This document shows, piece after piece, positions 10,798 through 19,606 of a stretch of DNA of 64,000 bases. How positions within the stretch are numbered: position 1 is the stretch's first letter; each line of letters begins with the position of its first letter. Source of the stretch: Terriglobia bacterium (GTDB lineage: Bacteria; Acidobacteriota; Terriglobia; Acidiferrales; UBA7541); the NCBI GenBank assembly GCA_020073605.1, contig JAIQEW010000015.1, positions 10,231 through 74,230 of the forward strand, read 5' to 3'. The notes below the pieces were generated by a model. It saw only the letters and a list, made by a program, of their open reading frames with translations, was not told where the DNA came from and did no database searches. The position numbers and the translations under genes were made by a program.

Positions 10798-11565
10798 CTA
10801 CCCCATAATGTGAAACCCGGCGTCCACGTAGATGACGTTCCCGGTGACGCCGCGCCCGAGGTCGCTTCCGAGGAACACGGCGGTGTCGGCCACTTCGGCG
10901 ATGTCGGTATTTCGCCGGAGCGGCGCATGCTGCGCGGCGAAGTCGAGCAGTTTCGAAAAATCCTTGATGCCCCGTGCGGAGATGGTCTTGATGGCGCCCG
11001 CCGAAATCGCGTTGACGCGAATTTTGTTCGGCCCCAGTTCGCTGGCCAGATATCTCATTTCGGCTTCGAGCGCCGCCTTGGCCACGCCCATCATATTGTA
11101 GCCGGGCACCACGCGCGTCGATCCGAGGTAGGTCATCGTCATGATCGCGCCGCCATCGGTCATCAGTGGCGAAAGCGCTTTGGCGATGGCGACGAGGGAA
11201 TAGGCGCTCACGTCGAGCGCGAACTGGAACCCGTCCCGCGAAGTGTTCGCGAACGGCTGATTCAAGTCTTCGTGTTTTGCGGCCGCCAGGCTGTGGACCA
11301 CGACGTCGAGCTTGCGTCCTTGCGCCTGGAGCGCTTCGGCCAGTTTGTCAATATCCGCCTGTTGCTGAACCTCGCAAGGGAACAGCCCCGAGGCCCCCAG
11401 TGTCTGCCCGAGTTCTTCGACCGTGGGCTTGGCGCGTTCGTTTTGATAGGTGAGCAGCAGGGTCGCGCCCTCGCGCACAAACGCCTGTGCGATCGCGTAC
11501 GCGATGCTCCATTTGTTCCACACGCCGAGAACGATGGCCGTCTTGCCTTCCATTAGTTTTGACAT
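10798..11565 (-). CDS. fabI: Enoyl-ACP reductase (NADH), FabI
   Basis: SDR fold with N-terminus MSKLMEGKTAIVLGVWNKWSIAYAIA, the Y..M....K active-site region (YNMMGVAKAALE) and SAGAIKT. Confidence 0.9.
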   Translation of the reverse strand: MSKLMEGKTAIVLGVWNKWSIAYAIAQAFVREGATLLLTYQNERAKPTVEELGQTLGASGLFPCEVQQQADIDKLAEALQAQGRKLDVVVHSLAAAKHEDLNQPFANTSRDGFQFALDVSAYSLVAIAKALSPLMTDGGAIMTMTYLGSTRVVPGYNMMGVAKAALEAEMRYLASELGPNKIRVNAISAGAIKTISARGIKDFSKLLDFAAQHAPLRRNTDIAEVADTAVFLGSDLGRGVTGNVIYVDAGFHIMG

Positions 11566-11614
11566 GGCTCGACATTGTACCCACAATTCCGCGATTCAGC
11601 TTCATCTTCCGTAT

Positions 11615-11971
11615 TCACCGCGACGCCATCCAGTGAATGATCTCGCGGACGAGATCGGCCACATACGGCCACAGCAGAACAACGATCGTGATGCTGGCTG
11701 CCACAACCCGCGACGGAGTCACAAGTCCCTCGACGATTCCGCCCTGCCGGTGGCGCGCACAGAAGCCGCCCTCGAGCGCCCTTCGACCGCACCGTTCCCC
11801 CGCATCTCCCAGATAGAGGCACGGCCCGTGGTCCTCACGGGAGTGCACGGAGGGACTCTCGAGCGCTACCTCTGCGGCCTCCCCGCCGACTTCGACATGC
11901 TCAAAACCCCCGGCGTCGAGCAGATGCCGGCCGCCCGCGGTTCCCGCAGTAACGCTTACGTTCCGGTCCAT
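11615..11971 (-). CDS. Hypothetical small Cys-containing protein with C-terminal hydrophobic helix
   Basis: 118-aa ORF with G/C-rich third codon positions, a CLYLGDAGERCG..FCARH segment and a C-terminal TM-like VVAASITIVVLLWPYV. No family was recognised. Confidence 0.35.
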   Translation of the reverse strand: MDRNVSVTAGTAGGRHLLDAGGFEHVEVGGEAAEVALESPSVHSREDHGPCLYLGDAGERCGRRALEGGFCARHRQGGIVEGLVTPSRVVAASITIVVLLWPYVADLVREIIHWMASR

Positions 11972-12027
11972 TGCACCGACCTTTTTGTCTCGGCTACAGT
12001 GGAAGCTTATCTACTCGCGAATACTTG

Positions 12028-14547
12028 ATGTCCGAAACTCACATTGCGCCGACGCCCGCCCATCCGTCCCGGATGAGGCTCGAGCCATATTCCGCCGAAA
12101 TCCGTCTGGCGAATCTGGCGCTCGGCATCGACAACATCCATTATGACGTTTTTCTCAGCCCGCGATTCGTCGAATTCGCCCGGAAGTATCTCCTCGAATT
12201 GGTCCGGCAGGCCATCAACATCAACCTCCTCTACGGCAAGGAAAAGGACCGCAAGCAATCGGGAGCGCCCGAACATTCTGCTTTCCGGAAGCTGCTCACG
12301 GAAGTCCTGCAAGAGTCGCTCACGCGCGCGAAATTCCAGCAATCGATCGAAACCGACGTTCTCCACCGGCTCGCCCTCCTGAAATTCATCAGCCAGGAGA
12401 CGGGAAACCAGTTTGCGAGCATCTTGGTCGAGTGCAAGGACTGGATACGCTCGCGCGGCGAGCTTTTCGAACACAGCGAGCAGGCTCACGTGATGCGTTC
12501 GAAGATCGCCGAAGTGCAGGCCGATCGCAAGAACGTGATCCGCCAGGCGGGCGAGACGCTCTGCCGGATCTGGCGCGAGGTCGAGGAAGGCACGCTTGCA
12601 AAGACGCGGCGCGCTCTTTTCGGCGACGAGTTTCCGGACACCTACCAGCTCCTGCAAAACCGTTTCCTCTTCGTCGAGGGCGGCAACGACGACCATTTTT
12701 TCCTCGAGCACTATGTCCTGCTGGGCAACTTCGTCAACGACCCGGACCGCTTCGAGACCTTCGACGCGATTCTCCTCGATTTCGTCCGCGATTACGTGCT
12801 GGCAGGCGACAACTCCGAGGAGCTCGCAAAAGCCCGAAAAACGCACGAACGCTTGCTCGAGCAGGCGCGGCTTCTGCGCAACGAGCTGGCCCATGTCGAG
12901 GAGGAACTGGAAGAGTTGGGTTCGCGTGCAGCGGACAGCGACCGCTCATTCCCTTCGTTCTTTAAGCGCAAGCCGATTGCCTCGACTGACTCGAAAGGAG
13001 AGCTTGACGACGTCCGCCGGAAGGCCGCCTCGCTCGAAAAGAATCTCGAGGAACTCGACCCCCAGATCGTCGCGGCCAAGCAGCGCATGGAGTTCCTCAC
13101 GGAGGAGCTACAGAGCCGCCTTGGTGACTACCTCAATCAGCCGGCGAACGCCCGCCGTCTATTCGCGCTTCGTACTGATTCGGACGGCAGGTCGCTCGCG
13201 GGAGACGGCTCCGGGGAAGGGGATTCCGGCCTGGAAACCCGGGCGCATCTGCTCGAGGAATGGGTTCACCGGCTTGAGGAGCGCGACCTGTTATTTCACG
13301 TTCTCGCGAGCTACGAAATGCGCAAAATCTCCGCCGAATATTGCCCGCCCGTCCACCTGCAACAGTTGAAGAAGTCCCTTGTGTTCCGCGACGAAGCGAA
13401 ACGCGTGGCGCAGATCCTGGAAAAGTTTCCGGCGCGCAAAGTGTCGATGAAGAAGCTCGAAGAGTCTTCCCGCGCGATCCGACGCCGCACCACGGACGAA
13501 ACCCTGGCCGTTGGCCTCCAATTCGCGGAAGACCTGATGCGCCTGCGCCGCGACCGCCGCAACTACCAGCAGGTCGCCGCGTGGTTCGAGCGCATCAACC
13601 TGGTCCACTCCGAGCGCGCTCGGGAGCTCTCCCGCGTCAATAAGAGCCTCTACGAGTTCCTGCACCCGGATGAAGGCCGTCCGGCAGACGACCCGGTGAT
13701 CAACCACGTGGTCATCAAGGCGGATGTTCGCGGCTCCACCGGGATCACGAAAGACCTCCTTGGCCGCGGTATGAACCCCGCTTCGCATTTCAGCATGAAC
13801 CTGCACGAGCCGGTGAAGCGCATGCTCGAGCGTTACGGCGCGGCGAAGGTGTTCATCGAAGGCGACGCCATCATCCTGGCCATCTACGAAACGGAATCCA
13901 CGCGCGCCACGCAGAGGGCCGTTGCGCGAGCCTGCGTCCTCGCGCGGGAAATACTGGCGGTCACGGCCGCCTACAACGTTCGCGCGAAGACCAGCGATCT
14001 GCCTCCGCTTGAGCTGGGCGTAGGCGTCGCGTTTCAGGATTCCGCGCCGTCGCTCTGGATGGACGCCGATTCGAAGATCATGATTTCGCGCGCGCTCAAT
14101 CTCTCCGACCGCCTCTCAAGCTGCTCGAAAATGGCGAAGCGCCTGTTCCAGACCAACCCGGCGCCCTTCAACGTCTACCTTCTCCAAACCTTGATGGAGG
14201 ACGTGGGCGCTGACGAAGGCGAGGAGCTGCTGGTCCGCTACAATCTCAACGGAATCGAGCTCAACGAGGAAGGATTTCAGAAGCTCAGCGCGGAGATTTC
14301 GCTCGCGCCCTTGGGGGGCAATTTCCCGTTGCCGTGGGGCAAGGAGCGCGTGCAGCTCTTTTTCGGGGAGGTTCCCCTGGGGGAATCGCTCGAGCCGATC
14401 GTGATCCGCAAGGGCTACGTTCGCCAGCTATTGCCCGGCGGAAAGATCGGTGCGCAAGGCAACCGCGCCTACTACGAAGTTTGCACGGACGTGAAACTCC
14501 TCGATCTAGCTCGCAAGAAAGTCTCCACATCTTCTCCAAAGACTTGA
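12028..14547 (+). CDS. Large cytoplasmic protein with a class III nucleotidyl-cyclase-like (CHD) domain after a long helical N-terminal region
   Basis: Start taken at ATG 12028 (MSETHIAP). The residues VIKADVRGSTGITKDL .. KVFIEGDAIILAIYE .. LELGVGVAFQD .. ISRALNLSDRL follow the FADIxGFT / GDxxMAxF / RIGIHxG / VNxAxRL cyclase pattern. Confidence 0.6.
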   Translation: MSETHIAPTPAHPSRMRLEPYSAEIRLANLALGIDNIHYDVFLSPRFVEFARKYLLELVRQAININLLYGKEKDRKQSGAPEHSAFRKLLTEVLQESLTRAKFQQSIETDVLHRLALLKFISQETGNQFASILVECKDWIRSRGELFEHSEQAHVMRSKIAEVQADRKNVIRQAGETLCRIWREVEEGTLAKTRRALFGDEFPDTYQLLQNRFLFVEGGNDDHFFLEHYVLLGNFVNDPDRFETFDAILLDFVRDYVLAGDNSEELAKARKTHERLLEQARLLRNELAHVEEELEELGSRAADSDRSFPSFFKRKPIASTDSKGELDDVRRKAASLEKNLEELDPQIVAAKQRMEFLTEELQSRLGDYLNQPANARRLFALRTDSDGRSLAGDGSGEGDSGLETRAHLLEEWVHRLEERDLLFHVLASYEMRKISAEYCPPVHLQQLKKSLVFRDEAKRVAQILEKFPARKVSMKKLEESSRAIRRRTTDETLAVGLQFAEDLMRLRRDRRNYQQVAAWFERINLVHSERARELSRVNKSLYEFLHPDEGRPADDPVINHVVIKADVRGSTGITKDLLGRGMNPASHFSMNLHEPVKRMLERYGAAKVFIEGDAIILAIYETESTRATQRAVARACVLAREILAVTAAYNVRAKTSDLPPLELGVGVAFQDSAPSLWMDADSKIMISRALNLSDRLSSCSKMAKRLFQTNPAPFNVYLLQTLMEDVGADEGEELLVRYNLNGIELNEEGFQKLSAEISLAPLGGNFPLPWGKERVQLFFGEVPLGESLEPIVIRKGYVRQLLPGGKIGAQGNRAYYEVCTDVKLLDLARKKVSTSSPKT

Positions 14548-14646
14548 CGCCGATTGTCGCGCGGTCTTTCGCTCGTCCCCAACTCGTCAAGAAAAGTTGA
14601 CCGCGCTCCGGCTACAGGCTTGCAACATCCTGCTATACTTTGCGAC

Positions 14647-14745
14647 GGAGGCGAAAGGAGTCCGGTGACTTTCGTGGCCTTCAAAGCCATGGATCCTGTC
14701 CTTTGCGGCCAGGATGGTGGGTTCGACTCCCACACGCTTCCGCCA
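14647..14745 (+). tRNA. selC: tRNA-Sec (anticodon UCA)
   Basis: 99 nt. It has an 8-bp acceptor (GGAGGCGA / ACGCTTCC, one G-U pair and a terminal mismatch) and a 6-bp D stem with a 4-nt loop (GGAGTC-CGGT-GACTTT). The anticodon loop CTTCAAA carries TCA at 14681-14683. A long variable arm, T arm GTGGG-TTCGACT-CCCAC, discriminator G and encoded CCA complete the fold. The layout parallels E. coli selC. A TATACT -10-like hexamer ends 7 nt upstream. Confidence 0.85.
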
Positions 14746-14843
14746 TATCCTTTTGATCTGACGGAAGTTGCAGAAAAACGAGGCAGCAGAAGGCAGCAAT
14801 AGGGGATTTTGGCTCTCGTTCTTATGCTACCTCGCCCAGCGGC

Positions 14844-16223
14844 ATGGACGGTAGTCACCGAGATTACCCCCTTCGCGGGGTTACCTTGCTGAATAGACTA
14901 AAGCTGCGGACGCGCCAGCTTCGTGAAATATGGAAGCCCGTCGGTTTGATACTCACAGCTTGGTGGGTCTGGCGAACCGCGAAAAATTTCCGAAGCCAAA
15001 CCGGGCCTTTCGATAACCTTATCATCGCGTGCCTGGCTCTGGCTTTGGCGATCCTCTATACGGTTCCTATCAAATCAGTTCAGCTTTTCGCTAAGCGGAT
15101 CGTCGCCTTCCTAGTTGACCTTGCACTTCTGGCCGTATTTACAGTGGGCGTTACGCATCTCCTATTCCAAGGCGATGTTGTGGAACCCAGTGCTGTCGTC
15201 TCTATGGTCATCGTGTGGATTTGGTTTCTTCTATTCGTGTTAGTGGACTGGCGAATCAGAGGAACACCGGGCCAGTTGATGCTTGGCCTTCGACTCAGAA
15301 CGGTTGGCCAAGGAAGCAGCGGTTTCACCAAGTGTCTGGCTCGAAACCTTCTGACATTTGTTGTTCCTATTGTCTTAGCAGGACGGCTCCTAATTGCGCC
15401 ATTCCCATATCCGAAATTGGGAATCATTCTACGGTTATGCGCTGGATATGCTGGACTATCTGTAGTTCCGCTCTCCATAGTCTTCACGGGCGGTCAGACG
15501 CTCCCGGATTTGTTATTGGGCATGTCAGTGTTGCCCCGGCGAGCGGCCTTGAACGAGTACGCTTCTCGGTTGAATAAGAAGCGATGGGTCTTTCTGATTC
15601 TAGCTTCGCTTGTGACTGGATTCATCCTGGCTTATTCCACCTACCTTCAATCAGAATTGGCACGAAGGCCGCCCGTACCCCCGCTGTCCCAGACCTCCCA
15701 ATCCGACTCGGGAGCTTCGGCCTGGTTGTGGCCTCGGTTGCAGGCGGGCATTTACAGTCCGGACTCTTACGTGCAAGACGTCGAAGTGTTCTCGGTGTCC
15801 GGTGATCTGCGTTCAGACATTCGCGAGGCCCTTGAGTCCACGCCATGCTCTGGTACTTCTAAGCTGCAAGGGAACGCCTTGCTCGTAGAAGCTCAGGTTT
15901 GGATTCTAACCCCAGCCACTTTCAAGGGCGTCCTTTATAAGAACTTAGGAGATACCATCAGTGCACAGGTGCCCGCGAGTAAGAGGCCGGCCTTTCTCCT
16001 GTTCGACCTCACCACTAAGCAGGGGTTCGGGGCCTTCACCTTTACTACCGCGGAAAGCTCCGCACTCTGCATCTCGGAGTCCGAAGGCAGGCCTGTCGAC
16101 GCACTTGTGATGACGGGGGAATCACTTCGCGCAAGGGAATCGGTAGGCGAGTTGAGCGCCTTGGCTGTCGGCAATCTGAAAGTTTACTCGGACTTAGAAA
16201 GGCTCCCAATCTGGTCTCGATAG
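14844..16223 (+). CDS. RDD-domain-like polytopic membrane protein with uncharacterised C-terminal domain
   Basis: 459 aa. KRIVAFLVDLALL .. RGTPGQLMLGLRL resembles the RDD family signature. It has several TM helices and lower GC than its flanks. Confidence 0.55.
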   Translation: MDGSHRDYPLRGVTLLNRLKLRTRQLREIWKPVGLILTAWWVWRTAKNFRSQTGPFDNLIIACLALALAILYTVPIKSVQLFAKRIVAFLVDLALLAVFTVGVTHLLFQGDVVEPSAVVSMVIVWIWFLLFVLVDWRIRGTPGQLMLGLRLRTVGQGSSGFTKCLARNLLTFVVPIVLAGRLLIAPFPYPKLGIILRLCAGYAGLSVVPLSIVFTGGQTLPDLLLGMSVLPRRAALNEYASRLNKKRWVFLILASLVTGFILAYSTYLQSELARRPPVPPLSQTSQSDSGASAWLWPRLQAGIYSPDSYVQDVEVFSVSGDLRSDIREALESTPCSGTSKLQGNALLVEAQVWILTPATFKGVLYKNLGDTISAQVPASKRPAFLLFDLTTKQGFGAFTFTTAESSALCISESEGRPVDALVMTGESLRARESVGELSALAVGNLKVYSDLERLPIWSR

Positions 16224-16321
16224 GAGGCAAACCAATCGGAATTTTGTTCCCATCGCTCCAGCTGGCTGGCGCGTGTGAGATGCAACGCCGCTGAGCCACA
16301 GGTTCTGTGGATTCAGTTCTT

Positions 16322-16347
16322 GATTCGACTCCCACACGCTTCCACCA
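16322..16347 (+). repeat. Orphan copy of the tRNA-Sec 3' end (attR-like)
   Basis: GATTCGACTCCCACACGCTTCCACCA versus the tRNA's GGTTCGACTCCCACACGCTTCCGCCA. The upstream bases cannot form a T stem, so this is not a functional tRNA. Confidence 0.8.
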
Positions 16348-16413
16348 CTTTCTCTGTCCGTCCCGCCTTGCTGTTTCCGGGCGCTGCTTTGGGATATAGT
16401 TCACTCTTGGCGC

Positions 16414-16575
16414 ATGCCCCGCAAAAAGAAATCCCGCTGGAAGGTCCCCAAAGAAGCTCGCCGCCGCGCGCGCCTCGGTATTGGCATGCCTCCCACCGAG
16501 CGCACCATCCCCAATAAGCGCGACAAGCCACCGAAGCACAAGAAGACGCTCTCGAAGTTGCTCGAAGAAGTATGA
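16414..16575 (+). CDS. Possible 53-aa Lys/Arg-rich small protein (below ORF-track cutoff)
   Basis: ATG..TGA ORF read by hand: MPRKKKSRWKVPKEARRRARLGIGMPPTERTIPNKRDKPPKHKKTLSKLLEEV. It lies in an otherwise empty 360-nt gap. Confidence 0.3.
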   Translation: MPRKKKSRWKVPKEARRRARLGIGMPPTERTIPNKRDKPPKHKKTLSKLLEEV

Positions 16576-16585
16576 CCGGACGAAC

Positions 16586-17857
16586 TTAGTGGATGTTCCG
16601 CGTCTTCCGGCCGACGTAATCCATCAGCAGGTATTGTCCCAGCGTGTAGGGTGTCGTGAAGTAGGCTTTGCCGCGGCACAATTCGGTGATCTTCTGCACG
16701 AAATTGACGAGGCTGTAATCGCTCGCCAGCATGAACGTGTTGATCAGGATCCCGGCGCGCTTGCACTTTGCGACTTCTTCCATCGTCTGCGTCACCACCA
16801 GCGGGTCGAGTCCGAATGCGTTCTTGTAAATCCGCCCGTCCTCCAGCGTCAGCGCCGATGGCTTGCCGTCCGTGATCATCACGATCTGCCGCATGTCCTT
16901 CTTCTGGCGGCTCAGGATCCGCTGCGCTAGGCGCAGGCCCTCGCGCGTATTCGTGTAGTACGGCCCCACCTGCACGCGCGCCAGCTTTCCAAGCGGGATC
17001 TCCTCCGCGCTGTCATGGAATAGCACGCAGTGGAGCGAATCGCCGGGGTATTGCGTGCGAATCAGGTGCGAAAGCGCCAGCGCCACGCGTTTCGCCGGCG
17101 TGAATCGGTCTTCGCCGTAGAGAATCATGCTGTGGCTGCAATCGAGCATCAGAACGGTCGCGCAGGAGCTTTGGTACTCGCACTGGTGAACCATCAGGTC
17201 CGGGTAGTCGAGCTCGATCGGGATGCCCGCCCCGTTGCGCTGCACGGCGTTGAAGAGCGTCCCGCTGATGTCCATGTTGAGCGTGTCGCCGAATTCGTAG
17301 GGCTTGGAACTGCCGCCCGATTCGACGCCCGTCGCGAGGTCGCGCGTATCGTGCCTCCCGAAGCTGCTCTTTCCGAGCGAGGCGAGCAAATCCTTCAGCG
17401 TCTTGAACCCGAGGAAATCGAGCGCCTTGTCCGTGATCTCGAATCGCGCCTCCACGTTCGGCTGGTCGCGCCCGATCTGCCCGCCCGGCGTCTGGGAGGG
17501 CGGGGCGGTCACCTGCGCCGACTGTTGCTGCGTGATGTAGCCTTCCTGCTCCATCCGCTCGATGATCTGGTCGATCAGGTTGCGCAGCTCCTGGTTTTGA
17601 TTCATGTCCGGGTTCTGGCGCATCTGCTCGAGCAATTCGGGAGGGATCAGGTCGCCTTCCTGGAGGGCGCGCAGGATCGCCTGCCGGAGCTGCTCCATGT
17701 GCTGCTCGCGCGAGCGCTCCATGTCCAGCTCGTAGAAGCCGTATTGCGATTCGAAGCCGCTTTGCAGGAAGAAATCGGAAAGCCGGTCCATCAGGTCTTG
17801 CAGGTCGATGTCGTCGGCCGCTCCGGGCAGGTATCGCGAATACTTTGTGTATTTCAC
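16586..17857 (-). CDS. von Willebrand factor A (VWA) domain protein, partner of upstream AAA+ ATPase
   Basis: 423 aa. The C-terminal VWA fold has MIDAS-like [10 protein letters not shown] and MITDGKPSA. The acidic N-terminal half is helical. Confidence 0.8.
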   Translation of the reverse strand: MKYTKYSRYLPGAADDIDLQDLMDRLSDFFLQSGFESQYGFYELDMERSREQHMEQLRQAILRALQEGDLIPPELLEQMRQNPDMNQNQELRNLIDQIIERMEQEGYITQQQSAQVTAPPSQTPGGQIGRDQPNVEARFEITDKALDFLGFKTLKDLLASLGKSSFGRHDTRDLATGVESGGSSKPYEFGDTLNMDISGTLFNAVQRNGAGIPIELDYPDLMVHQCEYQSSCATVLMLDCSHSMILYGEDRFTPAKRVALALSHLIRTQYPGDSLHCVLFHDSAEEIPLGKLARVQVGPYYTNTREGLRLAQRILSRQKKDMRQIVMITDGKPSALTLEDGRIYKNAFGLDPLVVTQTMEEVAKCKRAGILINTFMLASDYSLVNFVQKITELCRGKAYFTTPYTLGQYLLMDYVGRKTRNIH

Positions 17858-17957
17858 GGCTGTTCTCTGCGCCTAACACGCAATCCTGTCATTCCGAGGA
17901 GTCCCGGCCCGTTCTTGGCCGCGGCGACGAGGAATCTGCTTTTGGTTCTCACGCTCA

Positions 17958-19445
17958 TCAGTTGAATTGCCGCCGCGGCATCCGGCCCGATGGCTCCCGC
18001 GGTTCGCGCGGCTCGGGAGTCTTGCGCGCCTCGCCGAAGAATCCGCGCTCCTCGCTCCGGTTGATCCGCTTGTGCGCCCACAGCCCCTCGAGGATGAACT
18101 CCGCTGCGCTCGTCTGAATCGCAGCATCATCCTTCGAGCGCACTCCCAGCGCCTCCAGATGCTCGAACAGCCCCTGAATCTTCTTGAGCTGCCCGAGCAG
18201 TTCGGCGCTCGAAGCGTTTGCAGGCACTTTCAGCTCGCCGCCCATCTCGAACCACTGCACCACAGGCTGAAAGTTTACGTCCTTGAAGTATTTCGTGAAC
18301 GTCTTGCCCACGGCCGCACGAATCAGCTCGCGCGCGATGTTTTCGGCTCCGCGCATTTCGCCTTCGTATTCGAGCTCGAATTTCCCCGTCATCGCGGGGA
18401 TCGCGGCATAGACATCCGCCACGCGCGCCACCACTGCGGAGTCATGGTTCCGCACCGCCCGCTGCTCGGCGCTGCTCAACACGTTTTCGAGCGTACTGAT
18501 CGGCAGCCGCTGGCTCACGCCCGACCGCCGGTCCACCCGCTTGTCGTCTCGCGCCTGAAACGCCACTTCTTCCACGATTTCGCGGATGTAATCCGGCACC
18601 TGCACGCGCCGCTTGCCTTCGCGGTTCGTCCACGATTCCTGCGCGGTGATGGACATTCCCTCGGCTACAGTCGCCGGATAGTGCGTGCGAATCTCGGAGC
18701 CGACGCGGTCCTTGAGCGGCGTGATGATCTTCCCGCGCGCCGTGTAATCCTCGGGATTCGCGGTGAAGACGAGCAATACGTCGAGCGCCATCCGCACGGG
18801 GTATCCCTTAATCTGGACGTCGCCTTCCTGCATGATATTGAAGAGGCCGACCTGAATTTTTCCCGCGAGGTCGGGCAGCTCGTTGATGGCGAAAATCCCG
18901 CGATTTGCGCGCGGAAGTAGGCCGTAGTGAATGGTCAGTTCGTCGGAAAGATTCTTTCCTCCGCGCGCGGCCTTGATCGGGTCCACGTCGCCGATCATGT
19001 CGGCGATCGTCACGTCCGGCGTGGCGAGCTTTTCCACGTACCTGTGGTCGCGCGTAAGCCACGCGATCGGTGTGGCGTCGCCCTCCGCGGCCACGCGTTC
19101 GCGGCAAGCGCGGCATATCGGGCGGTAGGGGTTGTCGTTGATCTCGCAGCCCGCGATCACGGGAATCTGGGGATCGAGAAAGGCCACCAGCCCGCGAAGA
19201 ATCCGCGACTTCGCCTGCCCGCGCAGCCCGAGCAAAATGAAGTGATGCCGCGAGAGCACGGCATTCGTGATCTGCGGGATTACCGTGTCGTCGTAGCCGT
19301 GCACGCCGGGGAAGAGCGGCTCGCCTTGCTCCATCTTCTGCAAAATATTCTCGCGCAGCTCCTGGCGGACCGTCCGCTGCGCCACCTTATCTTCCGACCA
19401 CGGGCTCCGGCGGAGCTCGCCCAGATTCTTCGGTTGTGGACTCAT
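17958..19445 (-). CDS. ChlI/MoxR-like AAA+ ATPase (magnesium-chelatase-like family)
   Basis: 495 aa with variant Walker A GLRGQAKS, Walker B-like GIFAINELPDL, and VFTANPEDYT..IITPLKDR. Confidence 0.8.
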   Translation of the reverse strand: MSPQPKNLGELRRSPWSEDKVAQRTVRQELRENILQKMEQGEPLFPGVHGYDDTVIPQITNAVLSRHHFILLGLRGQAKSRILRGLVAFLDPQIPVIAGCEINDNPYRPICRACRERVAAEGDATPIAWLTRDHRYVEKLATPDVTIADMIGDVDPIKAARGGKNLSDELTIHYGLLPRANRGIFAINELPDLAGKIQVGLFNIMQEGDVQIKGYPVRMALDVLLVFTANPEDYTARGKIITPLKDRVGSEIRTHYPATVAEGMSITAQESWTNREGKRRVQVPDYIREIVEEVAFQARDDKRVDRRSGVSQRLPISTLENVLSSAEQRAVRNHDSAVVARVADVYAAIPAMTGKFELEYEGEMRGAENIARELIRAAVGKTFTKYFKDVNFQPVVQWFEMGGELKVPANASSAELLGQLKKIQGLFEHLEALGVRSKDDAAIQTSAAEFILEGLWAHKRINRSEERGFFGEARKTPEPREPREPSGRMPRRQFN

Positions 19446-19606
19446 TCGGTCACCGATTCCTTAGAAAAACGCCGCGGCTCGTTTCGACCCGCGGTTCGAC
19501 CTCATTATAGTGGAACGCAGCGTGCGCGCATACTTTGGATTGGCGCGCCTCGCGGCGGGTTGCCACGCGCCCCCTTGCCCTCAGTGATGAATGGGAGCGC
19601 ACTGCA

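Larger units (their letters stand above)
14746..16347 (+). mobile_element. Putative degraded integrated islet at tRNA-Sec (no integrase), bounded by a direct repeat of the tRNA 3' end
   Basis: The tRNA 3' 26 nt (14720-14745) recur at 16322-16347 with 24/26 identity. The intervening DNA is visibly A/T-richer and holds one ORF. Confidence 0.4.

Noticed and set aside
11450-12028. 192-aa plus-strand ORF between fabI and the cyclase-like gene
   Set aside because: It overlaps the fabI 5' end antisense, has odd composition, and has no start signal. The minus-strand 118-aa ORF has better third-position G/C bias, although it is itself of low confidence.
16270-16347. A second tRNA or tmRNA-like gene
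   Set aside because: Only the T-loop, the 3' T-stem strand and the 3' acceptor strand are present. The bases 5' of TTCGACT (CTTGA) cannot pair with CCCAC, and no 5' acceptor strand exists. It is interpreted as an att-like fragment.
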